Sequence record: MZ234025.1
DNA from: Escherichia phage vB_EcoM-172859UKE1
Direction: 5' to 3' (one strand)
DNA: 64,000 nucleotides
Below the pieces are notes generated by a model. It saw only the letters and a list, made by a program, of their open reading frames with translations, was not told the DNA's origin and did no database searches. This document shows positions 9,997-18,921 of the stretch, in pieces. Every line of letters begins with the position of its first letter. Position 1 is the stretch's first letter. The position numbers were made by a program, and so were the translations under genes.

Positions 9997-10212
9997 ATGT
10001 ATAAATTTCGTAAAGGTTTAGCTGATTTTCTTACAACTGTAACGTTCTTTTTGTTTATGGCAGTTGGAGCTATTTTTCTTATTCCTTTTACTGTTGTATT
10101 TTTCTTGATTAGTTTAATTTCTCCGGAAAAGGGTTTATCCTCCAGCGAATTCAATGAACGTTTGGACAAAATTACTAATAAACTGAATTCTGTTCTTGAT
10201 AAAAAGGCTTAA
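9997..10212 (+). CDS. small membrane protein
   Basis: 71-aa ORF with long hydrophobic segment. Confidence 0.4.
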   Translation: MYKFRKGLADFLTTVTFFLFMAVGAIFLIPFTVVFFLISLISPEKGLSSSEFNERLDKITNKLNSVLDKKA

Positions 10213-10214
10213 TT

Positions 10215-10532
10215 ATGATTAGTTTTGAGCGGTATGTGGTAGAGAGTTGGAAAGGTTTTGATATGTTCGGTAATGACTATTATTTTTACGAATGTAATCT
10301 AAATCCTAGTTTTTGGGCTGGACGTGAACGAGATCTCGAAGAAATTAATGCTCGTGCCGAATTGTTAGGTGAACTGCCTACAGTTTATTTTACCTTTGAT
10401 GAATCTGGATTTGTTATCCAGGTTTATTTTCCTGAAGAAAACTCTGGCGAGGATTCTGTTAATCCTCCTTATTGGGCTTACCAAGGAATTATTTCTCGTG
10501 GAACAAAACTCGAACTTAAAGAACAAGATTGA
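10215..10532 (+). CDS. hypothetical protein
   Basis: 105-aa ORF. Confidence 0.45.
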   Translation: MISFERYVVESWKGFDMFGNDYYFYECNLNPSFWAGRERDLEEINARAELLGELPTVYFTFDESGFVIQVYFPEENSGEDSVNPPYWAYQGIISRGTKLELKEQD

Positions 10533-10821
10533 AATTTATGGCATCCCTGAAGAAGTAGGACGTTGTCCGGGATGTTATACTGTTACAAAACTTTTAAAGG
10601 AGCTCAATGCTCCTTATACATTTTATAAAGTCCTCACTAATAATGGTAAGATTGAATATGACCGTCCTTTAATCGTATCTCTTGCTAAACGTGCAGGATT
10701 CACTTCACTTAATATTCGTTATCCTGTCATATTTTTAAATGATAAGAAACAAAAGAATATTGCAGAGTTTAAAAAGTCCTTGATTTCATTAGGATATGAC
10801 TCCGATATCATAGAAGATTGA
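10498..10821 (+). CDS. glutaredoxin-like protein (NrdH-like); start uncertain, proposed GTG
   Basis: Glutaredoxin-like KIEIYGIPEEVGRCPGCY; no in-frame ATG near domain start; GTG at 10498 with AAGGA ~10 nt upstream. Confidence 0.45.
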   Translation: MEQNSNLKNKIEIYGIPEEVGRCPGCYTVTKLLKELNAPYTFYKVLTNNGKIEYDRPLIVSLAKRAGFTSLNIRYPVIFLNDKKQKNIAEFKKSLISLGYDSDIIED

Positions 10822-10930
10822 CCAGGTGCCGCCTGGTCTTCTTTATCTCATTTCTAATATAATCCATTGGAATCTTCACTTCACTATCTCCTTGTGCCAC
10901 TCTCAAATCAAAAAATATTTTCATAAAACA

Positions 10931-10959
10931 GTTTACATCCTCAATAGATGTGTTAAGAT
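10931..10959 (+). promoter_or_regulatory. early promoter GTTTAC / TAAGAT with flanking inverted repeat TAGATG/CATCTA
   Basis: GTTTAC 10931-10936, 17-bp spacer, -10 at 10954-10959. Confidence 0.5.
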
Positions 10960-10986
10960 TAAACCATCTACTATAGAGGAAAATAA

Positions 10987-11170
10987 AATGACAATTGAAG
11001 ATAAAGAAATTAAGGTCGACCAGTACTATTCTGTCAACGGTAATGCAGTACAGATAACCAGAGTTTCAAGCCTGGATGTTTGGTACCGTTCAATCAAATA
11101 TCCAGAAATTGGTGAAATGCTTTGTGACCGTGGTATCTTCTGTTCAATTGCTAAGGAAATTAAGCCATGA
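10987..11170 (+). CDS. hypothetical protein
   Basis: 61-aa ORF from ATG after GAGGAAAATAAA RBS downstream of promoter. Confidence 0.4.
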
Positions 11171-11415
11171 TTAGTTTAGATTCAAAGAAAGTTGTTCTAA
11201 CCCTTAAAGTTAATGATGAGCGTCTAGTATTCGTTACCATTTCAGATTTGCATGTTGAAATTGCTAATGGCGTCCGTACTTATCAAACGTCTAAAACACA
11301 ATGGGACTATATCCCAATGTTGACTCTTACTCAGCGTTTAGAATCAATCGGTCTTAAAGACCTTTCAGTAAGTGAAGTGAATTTTATCAAACGTATTGTA
11401 TCAATCAACCTCTGA
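11167..11415 (+). CDS. hypothetical protein
   Basis: 82-aa ORF, ATGA-coupled. Confidence 0.4.
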   Translation: MISLDSKKVVLTLKVNDERLVFVTISDLHVEIANGVRTYQTSKTQWDYIPMLTLTQRLESIGLKDLSVSEVNFIKRIVSINL

Positions 11416-11422
11416 GGTACTT

Positions 11423-11716
11423 ATGGGTAAAACGTATCGTCGTAAAGATTTGAAAGTTCGTGATTATGACTATTTTGGTAAACGTAAAGCTCCTGACGGT
11501 GTTAGCCACAAAGACATGGTTGAAAACATTTTCCGCTCAGATAAATGGAAACGTATGAAAGGCGTTGATTCCGAAGTCAAGAACGAAATGAATCGACAAC
11601 TCCGCAAAGAAGTTCGTAAGTTGAAAAAAGATGTTTACAGTAAAGAAGATTATGATTATAATACTTCTCATACTGAAGCCAAACGTAAAGCTAACGAATG
11701 TTATCGTTACAGTTGA
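11423..11716 (+). CDS. hypothetical basic protein
   Basis: 97-aa Lys/Arg-rich ORF from ATG after GAGGTACTT. Confidence 0.45.
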   Translation: MGKTYRRKDLKVRDYDYFGKRKAPDGVSHKDMVENIFRSDKWKRMKGVDSEVKNEMNRQLRKEVRKLKKDVYSKEDYDYNTSHTEAKRKANECYRYS

Positions 11717-11723
11717 GGAAATT

Positions 11724-11858
11724 ATGAACATCAAACGAATGCTTTTTAAGCAGGGATTATATACTTTAAATGCTAATCCAAAGGGTGATACAACTAAATG
11801 GTCTGTAAATGACTGGATTAAGTTCATCGATGAAAATGGGGCGTGGAACACAAAATGA
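11724..11858 (+). CDS. hypothetical small protein
   Basis: 44-aa ORF after GAGGAAATT RBS. Confidence 0.35.
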   Translation: MNIKRMLFKQGLYTLNANPKGDTTKWSVNDWIKFIDENGAWNTK

Positions 11859-12055
11859 ATCCTGAAAATATTGTGTCATGGCAACTTCGTGAAGAACGTG
11901 CCGAATTCTTTGCCAATATGAAACTCAACGGTGTTGAGGATGAAGACTTTTTACGTTGGTTCTGGATTTACAAATACAAAGAATGTCAACATGCTGTGCT
12001 ATTGACTTGCGCAACTATGTACGAAGGCTGGAAAGGCGCTAAAAAGTTCGGTTAA
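11855..12055 (+). CDS. hypothetical protein
   Basis: 66-aa ORF from ATG at 11855. Confidence 0.4.
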   Translation: MNPENIVSWQLREERAEFFANMKLNGVEDEDFLRWFWIYKYKECQHAVLLTCATMYEGWKGAKKFG

Positions 12056-12058
12056 TAA

Positions 12059-12099
12059 TATACAACGATAGGAAGACGAATGTTATTATCTTCCTATCG
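12059..12099 (+). promoter_or_regulatory. PeSL-like element: ATACAA, 11-bp inverted repeat CGATAGGAAGA/TCTTCCTATCG with TATTAT in loop
   Basis: Perfect 11-bp stem 12066-12076 / 12089-12099 with -10-like hexamer in loop. Confidence 0.45.
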
Positions 12100-12120
12100 T
12101 CTTAAAATGAGGAAAATATC

Positions 12121-12360
12121 ATGGCCCAAGAATTAGATTTTATCAAATTCAAAAAACACCTCGACGTTAAAATTGGGGATTCAATTGTTAGGATTGAGTA
12201 TGACATTTTAACAGATGCTATTACTGTTAGTTGTGATGGAAATAGTTTCAGCTTCGATACAACCGAAAACAAATACCCAATCTATAAAGGCATCTTTGAT
12301 ATGGGTGTTGATATTACTCCACGTGATACAAATTACTTACTTTTCATGCTTAAAAAATAG
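12121..12360 (+). CDS. hypothetical protein
   Basis: 79-aa ORF after GAGGAAAATATC. Confidence 0.45.
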   Translation: MAQELDFIKFKKHLDVKIGDSIVRIEYDILTDAITVSCDGNSFSFDTTENKYPIYKGIFDMGVDITPRDTNYLLFMLKK

Positions 12361-12395
12361 TATACAAACTCTTGAGAGATGAGTATAATTCTCTC
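12361..12395 (+). promoter_or_regulatory. early promoter TATACA / TATAAT flanked by inverted repeat GAGAGA/TCTCTC
   Basis: -10 TATAAT 12384-12389; near-identical to promoter at 57631. Confidence 0.55.
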
Positions 12396-12426
12396 GTTGG
12401 ATAATAAAATAACCGAGGAAAATAAT

Positions 12427-12759
12427 ATGTCTACTAAAATCAAAAACGTAGTTAATTCTTTCGCTTTCGATAAAGTTGTTGCTCTTCTGGAATCCGGCAA
12501 TATTGTTACTCCTCAAGTTCTTGACGCGTGGGAATTCCGTCTTTATGAAATCATGCAAAAACACGACCAGAAAATTGGACGTAATTCTATTCGCGAAATT
12601 CTAGTACAATATATTCTTTCTGAATTTGACGTTGCTGCATTTGGTGTTGAATCTAAAGCTTATCAGAAACATGAAATCTCTGAAAAAACTATCCGTCGTA
12701 TGAAAAATCAACGTAAGAAAAAATTCGCTGACTTGAAAATTGTTAAGGCGGTAAAATGA
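12427..12759 (+). CDS. hypothetical protein
   Basis: 110-aa ORF from ATG after GAGGAAAATAAT. Confidence 0.45.
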   Translation: MSTKIKNVVNSFAFDKVVALLESGNIVTPQVLDAWEFRLYEIMQKHDQKIGRNSIREILVQYILSEFDVAAFGVESKAYQKHEISEKTIRRMKNQRKKKFADLKIVKAVK

Positions 12760-12983
12760 GCGTATTAACAGAAACTTTGATTAATGACCTGCGTCTAGCT
12801 GGTTACGAAGTTGGTACAAATAGTTTAGGTCTTCCTCAGATTGAAGGTCCTGGATTTATTCTGGAATACGAATTCAAACAATGGTGGTTATATGCTACAG
12901 TTGACGATGCGTTGAATATTGATTTCGTTGACCAATTTGATTCATTGGATGCTGCTCTTGAAGCAGCAAAGGAACTAGAATGA
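12756..12983 (+). CDS. hypothetical acidic protein
   Basis: 75-aa ORF, ATGA-coupled. Confidence 0.45.
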   Translation: MSVLTETLINDLRLAGYEVGTNSLGLPQIEGPGFILEYEFKQWWLYATVDDALNIDFVDQFDSLDAALEAAKELE

Positions 12984-13249
12984 AACTATCTCGAATCGCT
13001 ATAACTGAAGAAAAGCTGGGCGAATTTTATGTTGACGAATACATGAAAGTCACGTATTTTCCATTCGTTAAAGGTGTCGGTTTTTGGGAAACTCATGTAT
13101 CTCAATTAAACGAAGGCGACTATAATGAAACACATGAGAACTTTTTAGATTTTCTTTATAATGCCGGTCTTACTGAGCTTTATATCGATATCCATGAGTT
13201 CAAACGTTTAATGGAAAAAGTGTTTCAGGCCTATTGTTTGCTCCGATAG
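12980..13249 (+). CDS. hypothetical protein
   Basis: 89-aa ORF, ATGA-coupled. Confidence 0.45.
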   Translation: MKLSRIAITEEKLGEFYVDEYMKVTYFPFVKGVGFWETHVSQLNEGDYNETHENFLDFLYNAGLTELYIDIHEFKRLMEKVFQAYCLLR

Positions 13250-13256
13250 TATCTCG

Positions 13257-13299
13257 TGCTTTAAGATAGGTCTCTAAATATTATGATATAATAGACCTA
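13257..13299 (+). promoter_or_regulatory. possible middle/early promoter region upstream of gene 55: MotA-box-like TGCTTTA plus inverted repeat TAGGTCT/AGACCTA around TATAAT
   Basis: TGCTTTA at 13257-13263; TATAAT 13287-13292 inside inverted repeat; spacing imperfect. Confidence 0.35.
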
Positions 13300-13321
13300 T
13301 GAATTGAGCCAAGAGGTACTT

Positions 13322-13879
13322 ATGACTGAACAAAAACCTAAAAATAACTATGTGAATAATAAAGAGCTTCTCGCCGCTATAATCGAGTGGAAAAAGGAGC
13401 TCTTAAATAATAAAGACCCAAACAAAATTATTCGTCAGAATGATACCATCGGTTTAGCAATTATGCTTATTGCCGAAGGCCTGTCCAAACGTTTCAACTT
13501 TTCAGGATATACCCAGTCTTGGAAGCAGGAGATGATTGCAGATGGGATTGAAGCCTCTATTAAGGGACTTCATAATTTCGACGAAACTAAGTACAATAAC
13601 CCACATGCATACATAACTCGAGCTTGTTTTAATGCTTTTGTCCAACGTATCAAAAAAGAACGTAAGGAAGTTGCAAAGAAATATAGTTACTTCGTTCATA
13701 ATGTCTACGACAGTCATGACGATGATATGGTAGCGTTAGTAGATGAAACGTTTATTCAAGACATCTACGATAAAATGACGCATTATGAAGAATCCGCTTA
13801 TAAAGCTCCTGGGGCTGAAAAGAAGGAAGTTGTTAGCGATTCGCCTAGTTTGGATTTTTTATATGAGGATGACAATTGA
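13322..13879 (+). CDS. 55: late-transcription sigma factor gp55
   Basis: 185 aa from ATG at 13322; ...[21 protein letters not shown]...[31 protein letters not shown]... near-identical to T4 gp55 as remembered. Confidence 0.9.
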   Translation: MTEQKPKNNYVNNKELLAAIIEWKKELLNNKDPNKIIRQNDTIGLAIMLIAEGLSKRFNFSGYTQSWKQEMIADGIEASIKGLHNFDETKYNNPHAYITRACFNAFVQRIKKERKEVAKKYSYFVHNVYDSHDDDMVALVDETFIQDIYDKMTHYEESAYKAPGAEKKEVVSDSPSLDFLYEDDN

Positions 13880-14078
13880 CATCTCTAACTACTTAGAAGA
13901 ACCTTTTGACGAAGCAATCCCTTATTTGGTAAAACTGTTGGGTCGTGAATTTAAAATTAATTTTGACATCGACCCTTTGAACCCACACGACGTGTCATTT
14001 TCGATAAATGGGACTCCAGTTGAGTACGAGTTCTGTATTGAAGAGGATGGACGTTTTTATTTTAATTTAATGAGATAA
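13863..14078 (+). CDS. hypothetical protein
   Basis: 71-aa ORF overlapping the end of gene 55. Confidence 0.4.
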   Translation: MRMTIDISNYLEEPFDEAIPYLVKLLGREFKINFDIDPLNPHDVSFSINGTPVEYEFCIEEDGRFYFNLMR

Positions 14079-14079
14079 T

Positions 14080-14403
14080 ATGACTACCGAGATTATTGAA
14101 AATAAAGAAGCAGAAGATGCAGTAGCTAAAATGCTACAAGAAATCCAAAAGAAAAATGAAGCTGAAGCACGTAAAAAATCCGAAAAGATTCTTAAAAAGA
14201 ATCGTTTTGAACTAAACCGTCTTTATGCTCATGCTCAAGAAGCAGCAATTCAAAACAACTTCGAAGCTTACGAATATGCTATTAAGAAATCTCGGGATAT
14301 TCTACGACAACCATATAATGACAAGTTAATTAAAATCCAGTGGGTTACTACTCGTCAGGCTATTGAGGACATCATTAATGGCGCTAGTTCAAACAAAGTT
14401 TAA
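14080..14403 (+). CDS. hypothetical protein
   Basis: 107-aa ORF, Lys/Glu-rich. Confidence 0.45.
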   Translation: MTTEIIENKEAEDAVAKMLQEIQKKNEAEARKKSEKILKKNRFELNRLYAHAQEAAIQNNFEAYEYAIKKSRDILRQPYNDKLIKIQWVTTRQAIEDIINGASSNKV

Positions 14404-14584
14404 ACGTCTGAAGCTGAACGCAGGGTTCACCCTTAAATTAGGTGGTCCTCTTTGTGTTAAAATCTCTGAAAAGGAATATCACGACGGTTCTATTACAGAA
14501 ATTTGTCCACCTGTTGTAAAGGCAGACCCAAAACAACTCGTGTGGGTTGATTCATTTCAAGTTAAGAAATGGTGGAAACGATGA
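14378..14584 (+). CDS. hypothetical protein
   Basis: 68-aa ORF from first in-frame ATG (track ORF begins at a TTG). Confidence 0.35.
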   Translation: MALVQTKFKRLKLNAGFTLKLGGPLCVKISEKEYHDGSITEICPPVVKADPKQLVWVDSFQVKKWWKR

Positions 14585-14623
14585 GAGAAATCGATTTAGG
14601 TATTTTCTGAGAGGTGATTATGC

Positions 14624-14797
14624 ATGACGAACGACCCGACCTCTGAAAATTTCGATAAAATCCGTAAAGGCAAAGCAGAAAGAATGAGACGTTTTAAAGA
14701 GTCTTATGATAAAGCTAAAGCCGAAGGAACTATTACATACAAGCCCATTCGATTTAAAAGTTCAAATGAGCCTCTGTACGGTGTACTATGTGGATAG
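14624..14797 (+). CDS. hypothetical basic protein
   Basis: 57-aa ORF after GAGGTG RBS; ends at terminator hairpin. Confidence 0.4.
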   Translation: MTNDPTSENFDKIRKGKAERMRRFKESYDKAKAEGTITYKPIRFKSSNEPLYGVLCG

Positions 14798-14825
14798 GAA
14801 CTCTTCGGAGTTCCTTTTTTTTTTG
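14796..14825 (+). terminator. rho-independent terminator
   Basis: GGAACTC-ttcg-GAGTTCC hairpin followed by 10 T. Confidence 0.8.
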
Positions 14826-14847
14826 CTTTATAAACGGATGATAGAAT
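14821..14847 (+). promoter_or_regulatory. MotA-dependent middle promoter (MotA box TGCTTTA + -10 TAGAAT)
   Basis: TGCTTTA 14824-14830, 11-bp spacer, TAGAAT 14842-14847; upstream of gene 47. Confidence 0.6.
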
Positions 14848-14870
14848 GAATTAACTAATGAGGAAATAAT

Positions 14871-15890
14871 ATGAAAATTTTGCACTTAGGCGACTTCCAT
14901 ATCGGAGTCAAACAAGACGACCCATGGGTTCAAGATATTCAACGTGATGGTATTCGTCAAGCAATTGAATACTCTAAGAAACATGGGATTAAAACTTGGA
15001 TTCAGTACGGTGACTGGTTTGACGTCCGTAAAGCAATAACGCATCGTACAATGGAATTCAATCGTGAAATCGTTGATATGATTTCTAAAGCAGGCATTCA
15101 CGTTCATGTCACGATAGGAAACCATGACATGGCGTTTAAGAATACAATAACACCTAACACTGTTTCTGAATTGTTAACTCAATTTGAAAACTTTACTATT
15201 TACGAACATCCAACTACTGTAGATTTTGACGGATGTCTGATTGATATCGTTCCATGGATGTGTGAAGAAAATACGGGTGAAATCTTAGAGCACATCAAGA
15301 CTTCTTCTGCAGCGTATTGTGTTGGTCACTGGGAACTGAATGGCTTCTATTTCTATAAAGGAATGAAGTCTCATGGGCTTGAACCTGATTTCTTAAAGAC
15401 CTATAAACAAGTCTGGTCCGGCCACTTCCACACAATCTCTGAAGCTGCTAACGTCAAATATATTGGGACACCATGGACCCTTACTGCAGGCGATGAGAAC
15501 GACCCGCGCGGATTCTGGGTATTCGACACTGATGTTGAACGTATGGAATTTATTCCTAATGAAACAACATGGCATCGACGAATCACTTATCCGTTTAAAG
15601 GCAAAATCAATTATTCTGATTATACTAATCTAGCCGTACGTGTTATAGTATCAGAAATTGATTCAGAGTTGACTAAGTTTGAATCTGAACTTGAAAAAGT
15701 AGTTCACTCTCTTCGTATGGTTTCTAAAGTTGATAACAGTGTTGAATCTGATGACGACCAGGAAATCGAGATTAAATCACTTCAAGATATCATTAAAGAA
15801 TATATTGACGCGATTCCAGATATCTCAGACGAAGACAGAGAAGCGCTGGTCAAATATTCCAACGAACTTTATATTGAGGCAACACAATGA
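14871..15890 (+). CDS. 47: recombination endonuclease subunit gp47 (Mre11-like)
   Basis: 339 aa; calcineurin-like phosphoesterase motifs LHLGDFH and GNHD. Confidence 0.9.
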   Translation: MKILHLGDFHIGVKQDDPWVQDIQRDGIRQAIEYSKKHGIKTWIQYGDWFDVRKAITHRTMEFNREIVDMISKAGIHVHVTIGNHDMAFKNTITPNTVSELLTQFENFTIYEHPTTVDFDGCLIDIVPWMCEENTGEILEHIKTSSAAYCVGHWELNGFYFYKGMKSHGLEPDFLKTYKQVWSGHFHTISEAANVKYIGTPWTLTAGDENDPRGFWVFDTDVERMEFIPNETTWHRRITYPFKGKINYSDYTNLAVRVIVSEIDSELTKFESELEKVVHSLRMVSKVDNSVESDDDQEIEIKSLQDIIKEYIDAIPDISDEDREALVKYSNELYIEATQ

Positions 15891-16144
15891 CTTTAGATGA
15901 ATTTAACAATGCTGGACTCAGGCTTGAAGTTGAAATGGACGTTAAAGATGATGATGGATTCGAGAACACTATCAAGTATTGGATTGAGCCATTACGCGTT
16001 GAAGGCAATGAAGTTAAAGCAGTTCATGTCTGCACCGACTGGGCTATTGAATTTAGCTTTAATATAATGGACAACGATACTCCTGGCTCTATTCTTAAAA
16101 TGACTGAAGCATGTATCAAGGATGCGTATAATGACGAAGACTGA
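15887..16144 (+). CDS. hypothetical protein
   Basis: 85-aa acidic ORF, ATGA-coupled to gene 47. Confidence 0.45.
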   Translation: MTLDEFNNAGLRLEVEMDVKDDDGFENTIKYWIEPLRVEGNEVKAVHVCTDWAIEFSFNIMDNDTPGSILKMTEACIKDAYNDED

Positions 16145-16991
16145 TTATGAAACTCAAATTTATAAAATTCTTAAAACCTCCTTCCCTTCGTGGGAAGGAC
16201 TTGATGAGTATTTAAATTTTATAAAAACTAATTCCACTAATAAAGTAAAAGGACTGACTCAGGTTCACCATATACTACCAAAATCTATTTTTCCAGATTT
16301 TAAAACATGTAAATGGAACTTGTGTCATTTAAGTCATTATAACCATTTTATTGCACATAGCATTTTGGCAAAAACTGGCAACCACAAGATGATTAACGCG
16401 CTTCAAAGAATGTATACCGGGCGATTTAATTTAAATTGTACAACGCATGAACTAAATAATATAGCCGAGGCGTATTCTTTAGAATTCGAAAATGTTTGTA
16501 AAGTTAATTCTATAAAAATGACATTATACTATTCCAATCAGGATAATAGAATTAAGATTAGTCAAGCTTTAAAAGCATGGTTTAAAAATCCGGAAAATTT
16601 AAAGAAACACAGAATTATGACAAGTTCAAAGGAATTTAAAGAAACCGTCTCTATTATGACCCAAAAGTGGTTCAGTGACCCTATTAATAAACAAAAACAT
16701 TTGGATGCTTGTCGTAAAATATCTAAAACAGCCGAATATAGAGAATCATTATCGGCTGGAGTTTCACGCAGTTGGAAAAATCCTAAAGTTAGAGACACTC
16801 ATTTGAAATCTAGAAGAAAAGGATATCATTGGGAAAATTTTGATATGCTTTACGTTGAATGGGTTAAAATGAACAAACCTAAATATGTGACTTTTTCTAA
16901 AAATTTAGTCAATTTAGGATATCCTATACAAAGTTCTTTACAGGCTTTAGTTTCTGAATTCATGAGGAAAAATTTAAGTGAAAACATTTAA
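16131..16991 (+). mobile_element. free-standing HNH homing endonuclease gene between genes 47 and 46
   Basis: HNH-like motif VHHILPKS...CKWNLCHLSHYNHFIAH; T4 has no such gene between 47 and 46 as far as I recall; 3' end overlaps the gene 46 start. Confidence 0.65.
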
Positions 16992-18666
16992 ATTAAATCG
17001 TGTTCGTTATAAAAATATAATGTCTGTTGGGCAAAATTTTATCGATATCCAATTAGATAAAGTCCAAAAGACCTTAATCACAGGTAAAAATGGCGGTGGT
17101 AAATCTACGATGTTAGAAGCCATTACTTTCGGACTTTTCGGTAAACCATTTCGTGACGTTAAGAAAGGACAAATCATTAATAGCACGAACAAGAAAGAGC
17201 TCTTAGTCGAGCTTTGGATGGAATTCGATGATAAAAAATACTTCATTAGACGTGGCCAAAAGCCCAATATTTTCGAAATCTCCGTTGACGGTGTTCGTCT
17301 TGATGAATCTGCCAGCAGTCGTGACTTCCAAGAAGAATTTGAACGTAGCATCGGAATGTCATACGCGTCTTTTAAACAAATCGTTGTGCTTGGGACGGCA
17401 GGGTATACCCCTTTCATGGCTCTTAGCACCCCTGCTCGTAGAAAACTTGTCGAAGACCTTTTAGAAGTCGGCACACTCGCTGAAATGGATAAAATCAATA
17501 AGTCTCAAGTTCGAGAACTTAATTCCCAGGGACAAGTTCTCGATGCCAAGAAAGATGGTATTATCCAACAAATTAAGATTTATAACGAGAATATCGAACG
17601 TCAAAAGAAATTATCTGGTGATAATGTAGCGCGTCTACAGAATATGTATGACGACCTAGCCAAAGAAGCTCGTTCATTAAAAGCAGAAATCGAAGAAGCT
17701 AATGAGCGACTACTTAATATCGTTCTTGATGAAGACCCTACTGAGGCATTCAATAAGATAGGACAAGAAGCATTCTTGATTAAATCTAAAATTGACTCAT
17801 ATAACAAAGTTATTAAGATGTATCATGACGGTGGCACATGTCCTACTTGTGCATCACAGTTGCACCAGGGTGATCCTATTGTCTCTAAGATTACCGATAA
17901 GCTTCATGAATGTAATAACTCATTCGAGCAACTTACCTGTCACAGAGATAATCTGAGTGTCCTAGTGGACGAATATAGAGCTAATGTTAAGACTAAACAG
18001 GACCTTGCATCTGATATTCGTACCAAGAAACAAGCAATGATTGCCACTATTGATAAAGCTAAGAAAGTTAAAGCTGCAATAGAACAAGCCTCGGCGGAAT
18101 TTATCGACCATGCCGATGAGATAGCTTTGCTTCAAAAAGAACTTGATAAAATCATTAAAACAAAATCGGATATCGTTCTTGAAAAATACCATCGTGGTAT
18201 TATCACAGATATGTTAAAAGATTCTGGTATTAAAGGTGCTATCATTAAAAAATATGTGCCTCTGTTCAACAAGCAGATTAACCATTATCTTAAAATCATG
18301 GAAGCCGATTACGTGTTTTCTATTGATGAAGAATTCAATGAATCTATAAAATCACGTGGCCGTGAAGATTTTAGTTATGCTTCATTTAGTCAAGGTGAAA
18401 AGGCACGTATCGATATCGCATTGTTGTTTACATGGCGAGATATTGCTGAAAAGGTCTCTGGTGTTAAAATCAACACTCTGATTCTTGATGAGGTTTTTGA
18501 TGGGGCAGTTGATTCTGAAGCTGTTAAGGCTATAGATACCATTCTTGGAAGTTTACAAAATACTAACGTGTTCATTATTTCTCATAGGGACCATGACCCT
18601 CAACGTTATGGACAACATTTGCAAATGAGCAAAGTTGGACGATTTACTGTAATGACTGTTTCATAA
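16978..18666 (+). CDS. 46: recombination endonuclease subunit gp46 (Rad50/SbcC-like ATPase), GTG start
   Basis: Walker A GKNGGGKST, Zn-hook-like CPTC, C-terminal LILDEVFDG; first codon is GTG at 16978. Confidence 0.9.
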   Translation: MKTFKLNRVRYKNIMSVGQNFIDIQLDKVQKTLITGKNGGGKSTMLEAITFGLFGKPFRDVKKGQIINSTNKKELLVELWMEFDDKKYFIRRGQKPNIFEISVDGVRLDESASSRDFQEEFERSIGMSYASFKQIVVLGTAGYTPFMALSTPARRKLVEDLLEVGTLAEMDKINKSQVRELNSQGQVLDAKKDGIIQQIKIYNENIERQKKLSGDNVARLQNMYDDLAKEARSLKAEIEEANERLLNIVLDEDPTEAFNKIGQEAFLIKSKIDSYNKVIKMYHDGGTCPTCASQLHQGDPIVSKITDKLHECNNSFEQLTCHRDNLSVLVDEYRANVKTKQDLASDIRTKKQAMIATIDKAKKVKAAIEQASAEFIDHADEIALLQKELDKIIKTKSDIVLEKYHRGIITDMLKDSGIKGAIIKKYVPLFNKQINHYLKIMEADYVFSIDEEFNESIKSRGREDFSYASFSQGEKARIDIALLFTWRDIAEKVSGVKINTLILDEVFDGAVDSEAVKAIDTILGSLQNTNVFIISHRDHDPQRYGQHLQMSKVGRFTVMTVS

Positions 18667-18670
18667 ACGC

Positions 18671-18701
18671 TTTAACACGATGTGGTTATAATGACCACAT
18701 C
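18671..18701 (+). promoter_or_regulatory. possible promoter with TATAAT in loop of inverted repeat GATGTGGT/ACCACATC
   Basis: TTTAAC ... TATAAT 18687-18692; 8-bp inverted repeat arms; -35 spacing short. Confidence 0.3.
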
Positions 18702-18720
18702 AAATTAAATGGAGAACAAC

Positions 18721-18909
18721 ATGGAGTATTCAACCGGCCAACATCTTCTCGTTGTCCCTGAAATTAAAAAATATGTTTTGACCAATACGTTTTCAGGTGA
18801 AGAACATATTGTTACTGAACAAATGCTCAAATCTGCTTTTAAAGATGAGTATAATAAAATAATGTCTAATCGCAATTCCGCATGGACAGTTACCGACTTC
18901 TACGAATAA
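18721..18909 (+). CDS. hypothetical protein
   Basis: 62-aa ORF; GGAG 6 nt upstream of second ATG. Confidence 0.4.
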   Translation: MEYSTGQHLLVVPEIKKYVLTNTFSGEEHIVTEQMLKSAFKDEYNKIMSNRNSAWTVTDFYE

Positions 18910-18921
18910 GAGAGAAATAAT

